The notes under the pieces: generated by a model
Database searches by the model: none
Seen by the model: only the letters and a program-made list of their open reading frames with translations
Told to the model about the DNA's origin: nothing
Origin: Aplysia californica
Taxonomy: Eukaryota
Reading direction: 5' to 3'
Length of the DNA stretch: 64,000 nt
NCBI RefSeq assembly: GCF_000002075.1
Contig: NW_004797788.1
Location: 432,894 to 496,893 of the forward strand
Made by a program: the position numbers and the translations under genes
Shown here: one piece after another, positions 25,904 through 36,589 of the stretch
How positions within the stretch are numbered: the first letter of the stretch is position 1
Layout of the letters: each line of letters begins with the position of its first letter

Positions 25904-28900
25904 TATGTGCGTGGGCATGTGTATGTGCATGTGTAAATACATGTGCAATGTGCATGTACATTTGTGTTTGTGTACTTGTTTATTTGAGGAAGAAAGACAA
26001 TGACTCAACAGAGCACCTGAATAGTGCACACATAAACAGGCGCACAAAAAAAGAGAAAAAGAAATAATCTCCAGGAAAAGAAAATGAAACTGGAAAAGAC
26101 AGTCATGACAACAAATGCTGACTAGTTTTTTGTTCTGTAAATCTTATCTCCCATGGTTTTGTTTAGTAATGAAATGTTACTTTTGTCATTATGGCTATCC
26201 AATTCTAAAAGGCCATAATAAAATTTCATCAAATTTATTGAAATACGTTTCACATCATTGAAGTAGCACATCTTTCATAATCATCAGCATGTTGGGAGCA
26301 AGCATTTGTATTATGGAAATCCTGAAAGGAGTGATAGGAACAATGGGGATGTATCCTGAGCTTTGTTATTTTTTGTTTGAAATTTACACCCCCACCACCA
26401 CCACCACATCCAGCTCAACACCCATTTCCTTCACCTCAATAAAAATTTGTGGGCTATATAATTGAAATATTGCTTTTCCTTTATCTCACTACATCTATCA
26501 AGGGACTGATGTTCTTGTAAGTGGGCAGTGCTATGCGTGAAATAAAAATGTAAAGGGAAGACATGAAATTCTCCTTTTTTATTCTGCCTTGCCCCCAACC
26601 TCCATACATAAACATCTCCCACCATATTTTAGTGAATTTTGCCACAGTACAGCCTGCATTTCCTGAGATTCACAAGGCCTCTTTGTTTTCTCAACGTTAT
26701 TATAGAAAAATAAGACGCATGAAACTACACAAACTGCCTTAACTTCCTTCAGCTGACACAGCGTTATTTGGCAGATTTTTATTTTTAGAATTGGTTCTTA
26801 GGTCTGTCCTTTTTGGGGAAAAAATTCTGTCTCATGATAAAAGTGGGCTGTTAAGCAGATTTGGTTACAACTTTGGGTGTTCTTAGGCGGAGACCACAGA
26901 ACTTAAAAAAAAATAAGCCTACCTTCTATTGACTTGAATCTCCAACTTATAATGAAGAACTGTTTGTTGTCAGGTCAGCTCTCCGGAACTTGAAATTGTG
27001 GTAATGAAGAAATCTGTTTCTTGATTCTGTCACAGTTTGGAGGATATTTCAAATTTTTGTGCTTATGAAAAATTTGATGAGCTGGGTTTTTTTTCAGCCT
27101 ATTTGTGCCTTTCTTGCATCTTTTGTTTTGTTTTTGTGGATTTTTTACTGGTCTTGCTAAAAGATTTGCCTTTTTCACAAATTGTTTTGAGTATATCAGG
27201 GCGATAGAGAGAAGACATACCATTATATCTCTTCCTTTATTGAGTTCATGAAATTTTAAGTCTGATCACTTTCAAAGCTTTTGTTGAAGAACAATTCAGA
27301 TAGTTCAACCTATTAATTTTCAAAAACACTTTCTTTGATAATCAATGGCATTGCATAGAAATATTTCCTTTTTACTAGGGATACAGAAAAACAGTTGTTT
27401 TTCTTTTGTGTCAAATTATAAGACTGCTGGAAAGTTTAATTATTTAATTGCCTATGTCACATTTTCAGTTGACGCTCACTGTCTTGAGTATTGATTGTGT
27501 TCTAGATATTTTTGCCGTAGTTCACAGTTCATTGTACTTGCATGGTCAGCTCATGTCTGACACATTTGCTGCTGCCATGGAGGACTCGATCTGTCCAGTT
27601 CTTTATAAGATCTGTGATGTCTGCTCTGCTTATTCCCATGGCCTCATGTTTATTTGTTTGTGCCATATAATAATAGTAAAATTAGTACTGTACAACCATT
27701 TATCGCACTCAAGCATAACATAGGAAATAATTTTGCATGCACACATATTGTTTTTCGTGTGCATTCATTGCTTCAGAGCATACCATGTCACTGGCATCAG
27801 TTCTATTGTGGTTATCAGTGTATTTATTCGCACTCTTGTGATGGCTATTGTTGTTATGATTATGAAGATTATTTTCTGTGTTGTTATTCTTTTTATTATT
27901 ATTATGGTCGTATTATTTATCTTTTTATTATTATCCTTATCTTTAGGAGTAGTGTTTTATGTAATTTTAGAATTTAATATATAATATTTACTTTGATAGC
28001 TCTTCTATTTTCAGTTACTGGAAAGCTTTTGTCTATTTGTTCATTGGTTGATTTTGTATTTTTAATGAAATTCATAAACTGCTGAAAATATAAAGCTTAA
28101 CTGAAAGCTGAATATGAAGGAAGAAAATGTACTCATAATATAGGATTAATTATGTGAAACTCTCCCCCCTATTTTTTTGCAATGATTGAAGAAGAGAATA
28201 GCAATTTAAATGTGAAGCACTAAGCTCAGAATAAATAGCTCTATTATATAAAAACCTAAAACCATAGGCCTAAAGAGAAGTTCACAATTTATGGAACAAA
28301 CACTCAACTGGAGAATCCAAAAAGCAAAGTAGGATTAGGAATTTAGAAAACTTCCAGAACTAACCAATTATTATAAAGATTCCCCTGTTGTTTTGTCCCA
28401 AGTACTGCTATCGGTTAAATGCTGAACTGACTGTAGGTGGCTGATTGCTGTTCTGGTGGGGTTTATTCCTTCTGTGTCGTTTTCAAAGCTACGATTGCCA
28501 TAATCTATGCTGAGGATATGGATGATCCTGCCTGCAAACTAAACATAACTACAGTTCTAGCCTGGAAAGATGACAAAAGAAGAGAAACCTAGAGCCAATT
28601 TTGGGGCATTATTTTGTGATGAAATTGCAGGAATAATTTTTAGAGAATTCTTAATTTTTTTCACTTCAGATAAGCATTGCTGCAACCCCCCCCCCACCCC
28701 CCACCCCACCCCACACACACACACTCTCCCACACTTGCCGAGGATAGTCTGTTTGACCTTCACAGATACAAAGCAAGGCATCTGTGGGCATGCCAATTGA
28801 ACAGCTATGATCGTAAATAACTTCTCACTGAAATTTTTTTTTTCTTTCATAGTTCACTGTACATATGGAATCACGAGTAAAAAAAGATCTCAAGATTATG

Positions 28901-31900
28901 CTAACTGGCATTAGTAGGCTAACATTCAACACAAGGACTTTGATAATGAATAAGAAATAACTGTTCTACAGGGATACACTTCCTTTCTTCCTCTTTAGTC
29001 ATACTGTTTGTTCATGCACTCTTATAATATGTGAGCTGTGGAAGAGCTATTCCGTAACATTTGTGACTAAAGAAAAAATTACAAGTAGTAAATTATCCCG
29101 ATCAGTGCGAACTATCCTGTTATTTTAGAAGTTTATATTGTCTGTTTATATTCTTATTTGCCTCAGAATATGGATTCCCAAGACCTCATCAACCCGCTGT
29201 TAGAAGTCGCTGATTACATGGACGGGCAATTGTGGATTGCAGGAAATCGAACTCTCATCAATCTAAATCTTGCACGTAAGGCTAAATTCAGATATCGTGT
29301 ACATGTAGAACAAAGAATGTTTTAGCATAAATGTTTTTCCTCTTGTAATTAAAAAAGTCAAGGTACTTTAGTGCTTGTGAAATTCATCGCAGGAAATAAA
29401 GAATTTGTCTTTCGGAAAGAATATATATATGTAGTTTCTTTCTAAGTAAATACCGGGGAAAGAATTAGATGCAAAATTACTATTTTGAATTGAGGATACA
29501 GTGCCACACTTGTAGCTGATATTTTAAATACTTTTTTCTTGGAACATTTGAGTCATAATTGCTCATATAGGAAATCATTTTGGCATGCAACCCATAAGTA
29601 TACATAAGTGACCACTTGGTCATTCCCACAATGTAGTCAATGCTTCAATTCGCATTAGCTCACACATCTAAATTATCCATTTTTTTTTCTCCCATCCTGT
29701 TCATTTTGAGCATGTCACTCAAAACAGCTGTTGCATTTCATTACATTAGGCAGCGAGTTACAGAAAAGTGTGAATAGTGTCCTGTTGAAGTCCTTTACCC
29801 TTCTACACAGATAGCAGTAAGCATAGAAATTGTTATGAGCCCACCTTAGAATGATTCACACTATGGATTTTCACTGATGGATCATTGAATTATGGAACTG
29901 ACTGGCCTCATGACTTGGTATCCCCTCCCCCCCCCCATCCCTTCTCCTATCCTCCTTAACTCCCTCCCTCAAGGCAACAAGTAAAAGCATAAGAGCATTG
30001 TCACCCTATTACTATTATATTAGCTCATCTTAAGTGTTAAGTGTAAGACTCTGCCAAACGCCATTTTGAAACATGATGTATAACAGGTTCTTACACTGAA
30101 TACTGAGCTGTCGATTTATCAGTGCAGAATGTGTGGGAATTTGATAATATGGTCTACTATCACATTTCATGAGGAAACCTTTTTTTTCCTAATTTGTAAC
30201 CAATAGTTTAGCGAATGATTGTCTTTTCTTGCTTTTTCTGTATATTTGGCCCTGTTGCAAGCCGTCCAACTTTCACCAGTATATTTAGTGTTGATGTAAC
30301 CTAAGCGGTGCTTTCTGTTGAAATTTACATGAAAATAAATGGAAGAAAATCCATAACCGATTGAATTGAATTGAAGCATACTAATATAGAATAGGAAGCA
30401 AGATTCATTCAGGTAAAAGTGTGCTAGGACCAGGAAATAAAAGAATATCTCATTGCCCTGAAATAGCACCACCATACTGTCAAAAGTCAAAAGAGATATT
30501 TTCGATAAAAGTAATCTCAGCATTGTCAGCAGATTGAGATGTGTCACAAGATAGGTCTCCCCCCCCCCCCACCAGGACCAGGGCAGTGCTACTGACTGAA
30601 GTTGTCTTTAGGCCATTCCCAAAGGGGGGATATTAACATGTTCTTAGACACAGTAGAATTGTAAATGGACTGATTTATCAATGTCATGCTCGTACTGTGC
30701 CGGTACAACATAGGGGGACCTGCTGCTTTTTCTTTCCTCATCCTTACTATAGTCATTTTTCCTCTACTTCTTTTGTATGTTTGTCACTCTCTCGTGAACT
30801 GCTATTTCCGGGGTGCCTTGATAGTCAAAGCAGACTTTGTGCTGTTGAGGCTAGAGAGGTGAGCAGAGTAAGCTTGATTCCCCGTTTGGACTTCTCTGTT
30901 GACATCCATCCCTTGGTGCTTATATGACCTTATGCAGTTGCGAGCACCGTAAAACCTTACTACACTACAACTAAAACAAGATAGGTTTGAGTAAATTCTA
31001 ATAGTAGCAGCACCAATTATGTATGATGCTGAATTTCAGCACATGAGGTAAATTATGCAAATTTTCTTGCTGTAATGGACATATTTGTTATCTTCTGAAA
31101 AGATGCAAGTTTGAGAAGTAGATTTTATATTACCAGTGATTTTTTTTCAGGTAACAACATTAGTGAGACTGGAATGTCCTCTCTGCTGAAGGCCATCCAG
31201 TACCAGACCACTCTGACCTCCGGCAACCGCAGCGGGGGCACTGGACTCATGAGGCTGGTCATCAACGTGAGTTCTTCTCCTCTTCCTCGTCCTCTTCCTC
31301 CTCCTTTTTTATCTTCATCTTCTTTTTCTTCTTCTCTTCCTCCTCCTCCTCCTCCTCCTCCTCCTTTTTCTTCTTCTTTCTCTCCCTCTGACAAGTCTCA
31401 ATGGCTGATATAATGAATATGACCATAAAGTTTATTTAGTAAAATGTCCATCCCAATGCAGCTATAGACGCTTTATTCTCTCACTTCCAAAACAAGATTG
31501 ATCACTTCACAATACACACAGCACAAACATACAAACCACCTACAGATAGATTGAGACGTAGAGAGTTAGCCCACAGTGCCTAATTTTTAAAAGTAGAATG
31601 TAGTATCCTTTCCTTTCAGGAAACCATGTGTTATTTTTAGGTCTCACAAATCATGTATGTATTGTGATCTATACTTTTTCAGTTTTTGTAAGGGACTAGT
31701 TGATAATTGTTTCTTTGCATTTGGTCTTAACCCTATCTGTAGGCTCTAGGGTCATTATGTACCCCCGGGGTTGTATTCTTCACATTTTAGAATACTTGTA
31801 GTACAAAGATCTCTTTGAAACTTTCAGTTTTTCTCGAAAAATCATTTTGACAGACTGCTATGAAAAGCGTACGAATCGGATTAACAATTAAATTTCCTCT

Positions 31901-34680
31901 TTGGAAAGTGGTGGCACAGAGTTCCTTCCCCACGTTGTATGGGTACAATAGTAAAACACGACGTACGGATAGGGTTAACAAGCATTATTTTTTCTACTGC
32001 AACTACCAAATTCTTTCATCAGTATCAGAAAAGATTTTCTGTTCCGGCTGACCAGAAAGCAAATGTAAACATCTGTGAGAGTAATTCCAAAATTACTCTT
32101 TGAACACGCCTGCAGGAACTTGAAATCAAACAGGGTTCTTGGACTTGAGAGGCTAGCACCTTACCTCTTGACTATCAAACCCTGACATATCAGTGCTTGT
32201 GATTTGCAGCTCTGCTCATCTCGCTATTGTTTTTTTATGGCTTTATTTGAATTTAAAGTTGAGGGTTTTTGAAATTCAGATACTGAGCTTTTAAAAACTT
32301 TTTGCTGAAGTGAGTTGGCTTGTTCCACTACGGTTTGCCATTTTGCACAGTTTTCATGTTTTGTAAAGGAAAAACAGTAGTCACCTTTTAAGATCCTAGT
32401 GCTTGGAAGCAAGGAAAATTCAAAGTCTTAGGCAAATGAGATCTTAGCTGAAGCATCAGAGGATGACTGATCAGGCTTACAATCAATACAATTTTCTCCC
32501 CTTTCTTTGAAATGAACTGACATGCCATTTTCAATCATCCAATTGTTAGTCTTGAGATCTATGTCCATCCCATTGCTCCTCCTCTTAACCTGTCTAAAAT
32601 TTATAGCTTTCCATCTCTGACGGAGTTCCCTATTCATGTCGTAACACATCGTTGTATAGTGACTGCTTCAATTAAAAGTCCAGTCTGTATAGTAAATTTG
32701 GGCATAGAAATCACAGGCAATTGCGACAGTAAGGAAAACAAAAACACGGATGAATTCACAGCTCGATGTGATCCTGCCTGATGTGGCCTTGTATGTCTTA
32801 CCCACCCAGCTTGTAATGTAAGTTCTGGCAGAGGGCTCAAATGCGAGTGCAGTGTTTGAGGAAAACAAATGTGTCAATGAGCTCATATACCTAGATTATG
32901 GGGCAAATATTGTACAGTCCATGCCGGCTTTAAGCACGGTTGTCGGGAGAAAGCTTAAGCGTGCTTAAAGCCGAAGCGTGCTTCAGTGCGAAGTAGACAA
33001 AATCCAGGGATTTTCATGTAGAAAATTTCCCGTGCTATTTCCCTTTATTTGTAAGTAGGCCTATAACGGTCCCACAAAAGTGTGCACTCTTATTTTTACC
33101 CACCATGGTAGTTTTTGTTCGCTTGTTTGTTTTTGTTTTTTGGTCGAATGGGAAATGAAAACTTAATTTAGACGGCCAGTCACGATACAGCACACTAGGC
33201 CTACACACTGCCTGTGCGTACCACTGCCCGCTGTGCCACTCATACCACCGCCTTCATCCCACCTCGCGCGTGATACACAATCAGGATTAATGGATAGCGA
33301 GGGTCAAAGGTGAAATCGCAGCCAGCCTCCCTTTCTCGTCTCCCCGACTCTCTTTGTATTTTTTTGGGTCGTGTGTAGCTTTGCCCTAGGCCTAGGCTAG
33401 ATCCTATGTCCATGCGCGCGGCTGTGTGCATCTGCCTTCTTCTCCGCCCGTGTGAGTGTGTGTGTCCATCACTTGCGTTCTTTGTGTTTCTCTTGACACA
33501 CTCCACTGCTGCGGTGTAGACTGTGTTCGAACTTCGATGGGTCATCATGAAAATATTGACTGTCTTGTAAATGATTAATGAAGCGTGCTTGAAGCCGAAG
33601 TTACCGTGCTTAAAGGCGTGTAATTTATGTAGCAAAAATTCGGTAAGAGCCGCTTAGCGTGCTTGAGTCCGAAACGTGCTTTAAGCCGGCTTGCTTAAAG
33701 CCGGCACGGACTGTACTCACTCATCAAGATTCACTACAGAGATGAGAACACATTCAGATCATGAGAGTGCATGATCTGTGACTCAATGGGCAGTGTAATA
33801 ATTGCTAATTTTTGCTGCTTGGTTGATCAGCTGCCCTCACTTGTGTCACCTGTGTTTTTGTGCAGTAAATTATGATCTAAAACATGGGATCTTAGCAAAA
33901 TGTGGTCGTTCAGAGCAGAATCCTAGGAGTGACTTTTAAGTAATGAAAATTCTATTTATGTCACGGCTCGGTGGAATCAGGCACTCATCAATTTTTGGAC
34001 TATGGAGTTATTAGTATCATATTTAAGCTTGTTCATTTGTCTTATTTCAATTAAAAAATTACCAATCTGTCTTCAATAGAAGTCAAGATACTTTGGGTTG
34101 AAAGGGGTGGGGGGGTTACCTGGTATCAGAAGTAAAATTAGCGAAAAATGGCTGCCAAAGTTTTTTACTTCCGAAGCTTGAGAGTCCTTGGAAACTGTAA
34201 ATTTACATGTTTCTGCCTTAATCAACGTTTTTTAGTAAAATCCACACAGCAATGTGTTTTAAAATGAACATAAAAAGTGTTGAGCTAAAAAAATAAAAAT
34301 TAGATCAAAATTGCCAAAAGGGAAGAAAAATAAAGCCTACCGGATATACTGGGTTTTTTTTTGGATTTCATATTTTGACGAGAGCCTGATTTCTCCACGA
34401 AGCCTCACATTTTCTCAATACAGCAGGATCTTAAATGAACCAGGATTGTAAGAGATGGGATCTTAAATGGAGACTACTGTATTTTGTCCACATATGCTGA
34501 CGTCCCGAGACGCTCATTTGTGATGTCTTTGGTTCTATACTATTACTCTGTGTCTTGCTTTTTTCACAGAAAAACTCTGTCCGTCCAGAAAATGAGGTGA
34601 TGGCAAAGTTGAGTGAAAAAATGATGCTCAAAGATCCATTCTACAAACCCCCAATCACCCCTGAAGGCGAAACGGCGTAG
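2878..34680 (+). CDS. LRRC71: Leucine-rich repeat-containing protein 71 orthologue; spliced CDS of 15 core exons (1590 nt, 529 aa)
   Basis: Hand-spliced GT-AG exons keep frame throughout. The peptides IRGWKIDT..LHTINLWYTGL, NVLLDGNP, LSLRHCKITDKG, LSLNLTGNDIGDPGAESLAGGLRMNRTLMSLTLTSNKVGDKG, SHEEVVERRKL, NPLLE..GQLWIAGNRTLINLNLARNNISETG..AIQYQ and GLMRLVINKN..MMLKDP are colinear with my recollection of human LRRC71 (IRGWKV, NLWKVGL, LEGNP, GLRLNRSL, THTEVVERRRL, NPLLE..GNKVLLHLNLIRNRI, QYQ, LMLPRDP). Confidence 0.92.
3588..3797 (+). CDS. LRRC71: LRRC71 exon 2 (EPYKCIGNFLTDFNELCKQNGM...ELNEDG)
   Basis: tctctttccag| acceptor, G|gtgaga donor, 210 nt, phase 1-1; overlaps ORF 3632..3979. Confidence 0.88.
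4799..4924 (+). CDS. LRRC71: LRRC71 exon 3 (EPIEPPPKTYSTRDKFEYFKPSVQVELDNNDKWDSVSEIFIR)
   Basis: ttttttcag| acceptor, G|gtaagg donor, 126 nt. Confidence 0.9.
5185..5260 (+). CDS. LRRC71: LRRC71 exon 4 (GWKIDTPMMDNFQQSWPTLERLHTIN)
   Basis: tttcag| ... AA|gtaaaa, phase 1-2. Confidence 0.9.
5626..5700 (+). CDS. LRRC71: LRRC71 exon 5 (LWYTGLSEDTLHTLAVFLPQCTNIK)
   Basis: gccag| ... AA|gtaagt, phase 2-2. Confidence 0.9.
6542..6610 (+). CDS. LRRC71: LRRC71 exon 6 (NVLLDGNPVKEENWAELIGEESL)
   Basis: ttacag| ... CT|gtgagt, phase 2-2. Confidence 0.9.
6998..7157 (+). CDS. LRRC71: LRRC71 exon 7 (VQNLSLRHCKITDKG...LSLNLTGNDIGDPGAESLAG), RI-type LRRs
   Basis: gtatag| ... GGA|gtaagt, phase 2-0; LxLxxNxIGDxG motifs. 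Confidence 0.92.
7779..7862 (+). CDS. LRRC71: LRRC71 exon 8 (GLRMNRTLMSLTLTSNKVGDKGVAKISE)
   Basis: 84-nt phase 0-0 exon encoding one 28-aa LRR; GAG|gtagga donor. Confidence 0.92.
8356..8445 (+). CDS. LRRC71: LRRC71 exon 9 (ALSRFPLSHEEVVERRKLISDRGSPERNKS)
   Basis: ccttcag| ... TCT|gtaagt, phase 0-0. Confidence 0.92.
8524..9390 (-). mobile_element. 5'-truncated L2/CR1-group LINE (ORF2 C-terminus, 3'UTR and (TTA)n tail)
   Basis: ILKELHWL..ERIKYK..CFKC..AP.YL and YGERSF..GPQVWNELP..IRS..FKNQLK (ORFs 9013..9267 and 9176..9394, frameshifted); L2-type tail and (AAT)n at 8524-8600. Confidence 0.85.
10192..10293 (+). CDS. LRRC71: LRRC71 exon 10 (PPPSRRAESKDRPGSVRSMTTQDKTKQKPSAKKK)
   Basis: gaacag| ... 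AAG|gtactg, phase 0-0; inside ORF 10159..10398. Confidence 0.85.
11195..11276 (+). CDS. LRRC71: LRRC71 exon 11 (DVKGRDAKEETKTVKKDKEDTRGGGKR)
   Basis: atatag| ... AG|gtgagt, phase 0-1; Lys/Glu-rich linker. Confidence 0.85.
11530..11590 (-). mobile_element. Extremely 5'-truncated retroposon consisting of the I/Nimb-type 3' tail
   Basis: Reverse complement of GGCGCTCATATGACCTTATGCAGTTGTGAACGTCGTAAAAACTCTACTAAAAC, flanked by the direct repeat TGACGTTT (11522-11529 / 11591-11598). Confidence 0.75.
12728..12742 (+). CDS. LRRC71: Candidate 15-nt LRRC71 microexon (VHVTV)
   Basis: Long poly-T tract then tag| acceptor, AG|gtttgt donor, phase 1-1, no stop. Confidence 0.45.
13427..13435 (+). CDS. LRRC71: Candidate 9-nt LRRC71 microexon (ALW)
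   Basis: ttatttctttacttacatatctatag|CATTGTGGG|gtaaga, phase 1-1. Confidence 0.45.
14751..14771 (+). CDS. LRRC71: Candidate 21-nt LRRC71 microexon (ETRGTRG)
   Basis: ttacttttttttaacaaccag|...GGAG|gttatt, phase 1-1; a GC-rich island in AT-rich intron, and the peptide echoes DTRGGG in exon 11. Confidence 0.55.
16763..16774 (+). CDS. LRRC71: Candidate 12-nt LRRC71 microexon (VTQM)
   Basis: Long pyrimidine tract ..ttttacccatag|TCACGCAGATGA|gtattt, phase 1-1; weak donor. Confidence 0.35.
   Translation, partial: SRR
17031..17075 (+). CDS. LRRC71: Candidate 45-nt LRRC71 cassette exon (AQQTNPNAGTGRMSS), with an internal in-frame donor at 17054
   Basis: Strong pyrimidine tract, ctgcag| acceptor, TG|gtgagt donor, phase 1-1; alternative CAG|gtactg gives a 24-nt form. 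Confidence 0.65.
21536..21697. other. Assembly gap
   Basis: Run of N. Confidence 1.
21868..21935. repeat. (CAT/CGT)n trinucleotide repeat
   Basis: Direct inspection; explains the poly-His and poly-Asp ORFs. Confidence 0.9.
23504..23592 (+). CDS. LRRC71: LRRC71 exon 12 (ASVAAEATKTMGKTKDKKKDKGKSSNQEAE)
   Basis: ttctatag| ... GAG|gtaatg, phase 1-0. Confidence 0.85.
24969..24983 (+). CDS. LRRC71: Candidate 15-nt LRRC71 microexon (LAESP)
   Basis: acttccag|CTTGCGGAGTCTCCG|gtgagc, phase 0-0 matching the flanking exons; ACTAAC follows at 24990. Confidence 0.6.
29167..29275 (+). CDS. LRRC71: LRRC71 exon 13 (NMDSQDLINPLLEVADYMDGQLWIAGNRTLINLNLA)
   Basis: cctcag| ... C|gtaagg, phase 0-1. Confidence 0.92.
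30557..30975 (+). mobile_element. Non-autonomous retroposon family B (no tRNA head, I/Nimb tail), copy 1
   Basis: TSD ACAAGATAGGT (30546-30556 / 30976-30986); homologous to 35219-35528 and 60741-61104. Confidence 0.85.
31151..31266 (+). CDS. LRRC71: LRRC71 exon 14 (RNNISETGMSSLLKAIQYQ...GLMRLVIN)
   Basis: ttttttcag| ... AAC|gtgagt, phase 1-0. Confidence 0.92.
31731..31974. mobile_element. piggyBac-type MITE
   Basis: TTAA|CCCTATCTGTA ... TACGGATAGGG|TTAA. Confidence 0.8.
32915..33713. mobile_element. pogo/Tigger-type MITE
   Basis: 22-bp TIR CAGTCCATGCCGGCTTTAAGCA / TGCTTAAAGCCGGCACGGACTG (1 mismatch), TA TSD, subterminal AAGCGTGCTT repeats. Confidence 0.88.
33920..34440 (+). repeat. Dispersed repeat (probably a DNA-transposon remnant); diverged inverted copy at about 62100-62580
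   Basis: GGTGGAATCAGGCACTCATCAATTTTTGG..ATGGAGTTATT and GATTTCATATTTTGACGAG match the reverse complement of 62120-62540. Confidence 0.6.
34570..34680 (+). CDS. LRRC71: LRRC71 last coding exon (KNSVRPENEVMAKLSEKMMLKDPFYKPPITPEGETA*)
   Basis: ttttcacag| acceptor, phase 0, TAG at 34678-34680. Confidence 0.9.
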   Translation, partial: KNSVRPENEVMAKLSEKMMLKDPFYKPPITPEGETA

Positions 34681-34924
34681 TCCTTTAGTGTAGCTTGGTG
34701 AATTTGCTGCATCTGGTAAGAGAAAATGCATTGGTCTATTTCATGTAGGGCCTATATATTTTTGCAGCCTGATATATAAAGTCCCATCACACCTTTAAGC
34801 ATTTGTCTAATGTCTTACAGCTTGCTCCTGTGATCCCTTTACTGTATGTCACTCTGCTATGCTTAGAACTATATTTGAGGTACCATATTCAAGATTTTGA
34901 TTTTTAAAAATCAAAACATCTTAA

Positions 34925-35177
34925 CTGTTTGAACCCCATCAGATGCTGGGAGCATCCAGTACTAGTGACAACTGTTTCGTTTTATTTAGTGGTAGTTTTC
35001 GCTTTTTTTAAAAACTATTCCCCTACCAAGTTTTTTAGTAATGATTAAGCCTTTGTTTCCGCTATTTAGAAGTTGGAGGCAAGCTTTTGGGGTTATAATT
35101 AGACATAGTGCACCAGGTTTAGGTGACTGTAGAAAAAAACAACAGGAAACGGTCTGAAAAACTGCGGGCTTAAAGAG
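34925..35177. mobile_element. piggyBac-type MITE (degenerate)
   Basis: TTAA|CTGTTTGAACCC ... GGGCTTAAAGAG|TTAA. Confidence 0.55.
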
Positions 35178-35218
35178 TTAAAAACAATCTGTGCAGTCTT
35201 TAGAAAGCTGACTTTTCA

Positions 35219-35528
35219 CCCCCCTGGGGCAGTGCCACAGACTGAAGTGTCTTTAGGCCATTCCCAAAGGGGGAACATTAACATCTGGAGTTCTTATGCA
35301 CAATAGAATTGTAATTGTAAATGGGCTGATTCATCAATGTCATGCTCATAACAGTGCCTGACCTGCAACAGGGAACTGCTGCTTTTTCTTTCCTAATCCT
35401 TACAAACGTCATTTTTCCTCTACTTCTTCCGCTATTTCCGGGGTGCCTTGATAGTCGAAGCAGACTTTGTGCTGTTGAAATCTGATTCCCTGTAAGGACT
35501 TCTCTGTTGACATCCACCCCTTGGCGCT
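35219..35528 (+). mobile_element. Retroposon family B, copy 2 (internal deletions, tail lost)
   Basis: Same 5' end CCCCCTGGGGCAGTGCC..TGAAGTGTCTTTAGGCCATTCCCAAAGGGGG as the other copies; stops at TTGGCGCT. Confidence 0.8.
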
Positions 35529-35717
35529 GTATTTGGTTTTCACAGATCTATTTGCTATGCTGTTTGTTATTTTTCTTTGGCCTTGATGGTCTGGTCTTGA
35601 ATGTTAAAATGAATATAATCTCAGAGAGAATGCAACCTGAATATCTCAGAGAGAATACAACCTTCAAAATACAGAATACATTATATATACAATACTTTGT
35701 AGTATTATTTCCAAATA

Positions 35718-36589
35718 CAGGCAAACCTCGATATACCGTCACCCATTATACTGCCAGCCACGCTTACAACCAAGTTTTGCCAATGTATGCAAAGGAACAC
35801 CTGTACTATAAAAACATGCTATTTACACCTTTACACCACCATCCACCATCTGCCAACTGTCTGCCTTGTATTGTATGGTCCTTATTAAACCAATGTAAAT
35901 TTGACCTGCGGGACCGCCAGAGGTGCACGCTGCACACTACACACGGCACAAAGCAACAACTCAGTGGCTGCCTGATAATCTCTTTCCCACACATGTCTCT
36001 GCGAGCTTGGTCTATTTCTAGCATTTGTGGTTGATTTGCTCCTGATTTTGCTATTATATTCAGGCAATTTAGCTAATATTTTTTTTAAAGAGCAATTAAA
36101 TTTTTAAGTCGCCTAGAGAAAGTGTATCACCTCTGCCTGCTGGCGAAATATCTGGTGTCTCCAGATATCAGTCCGATGACCAAAAGGATGGCAGGCGCCC
36201 ATGAGGCTTTTATAATGTGAGTACTCATGCTCAAGTTTACATATGACAGGTCTAAGGTTACCTGAGGACCGACGAGTATTTGGTAAAAAAACCCCAAAAA
36301 GTACGTCTACAGGGTCCTTGACACATATATAGCCGAGCTTGTTTGAATTTGAATTTACGTAAAGTTAAGCTGGAGCTGTATATTTTTGGTTGATGCTTAT
36401 TTATTCCCTATGCACATCCATAGTGAAAGACAGCTAGATGAGGCAAGACTGGCCACAGTTTGTCTCTGGGCTCTTCTAGCCTACCACTAGTCAAGATGGC
36501 AGTCAGTGCTATCCTGTTATACCACCAGGTCCGCTGTACCTCCAACTTCATACTCGTCCCAAAGTAGGCAGTGTAACAGGGTTTGATTG
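35718..36589. mobile_element. Degenerate Tc1/mariner-pogo type MITE
   Basis: TA|CAGGCAAACCTCGATATAC ... GTGTAACAGGGTTTGATTG|TA, imperfect TIRs. Confidence 0.5.

Noticed and set aside
26503-26516. 14-nt segment tcaag|GGACTGATGTTCTT|gtaagt
   Set aside because: Frameshifting in a phase-0 intron with no compensating site seen; AAG acceptor.
35507-36034. 175-aa ORF
   Set aside because: Spans a retroposon end and a MITE; no recognisable domain or splice context.
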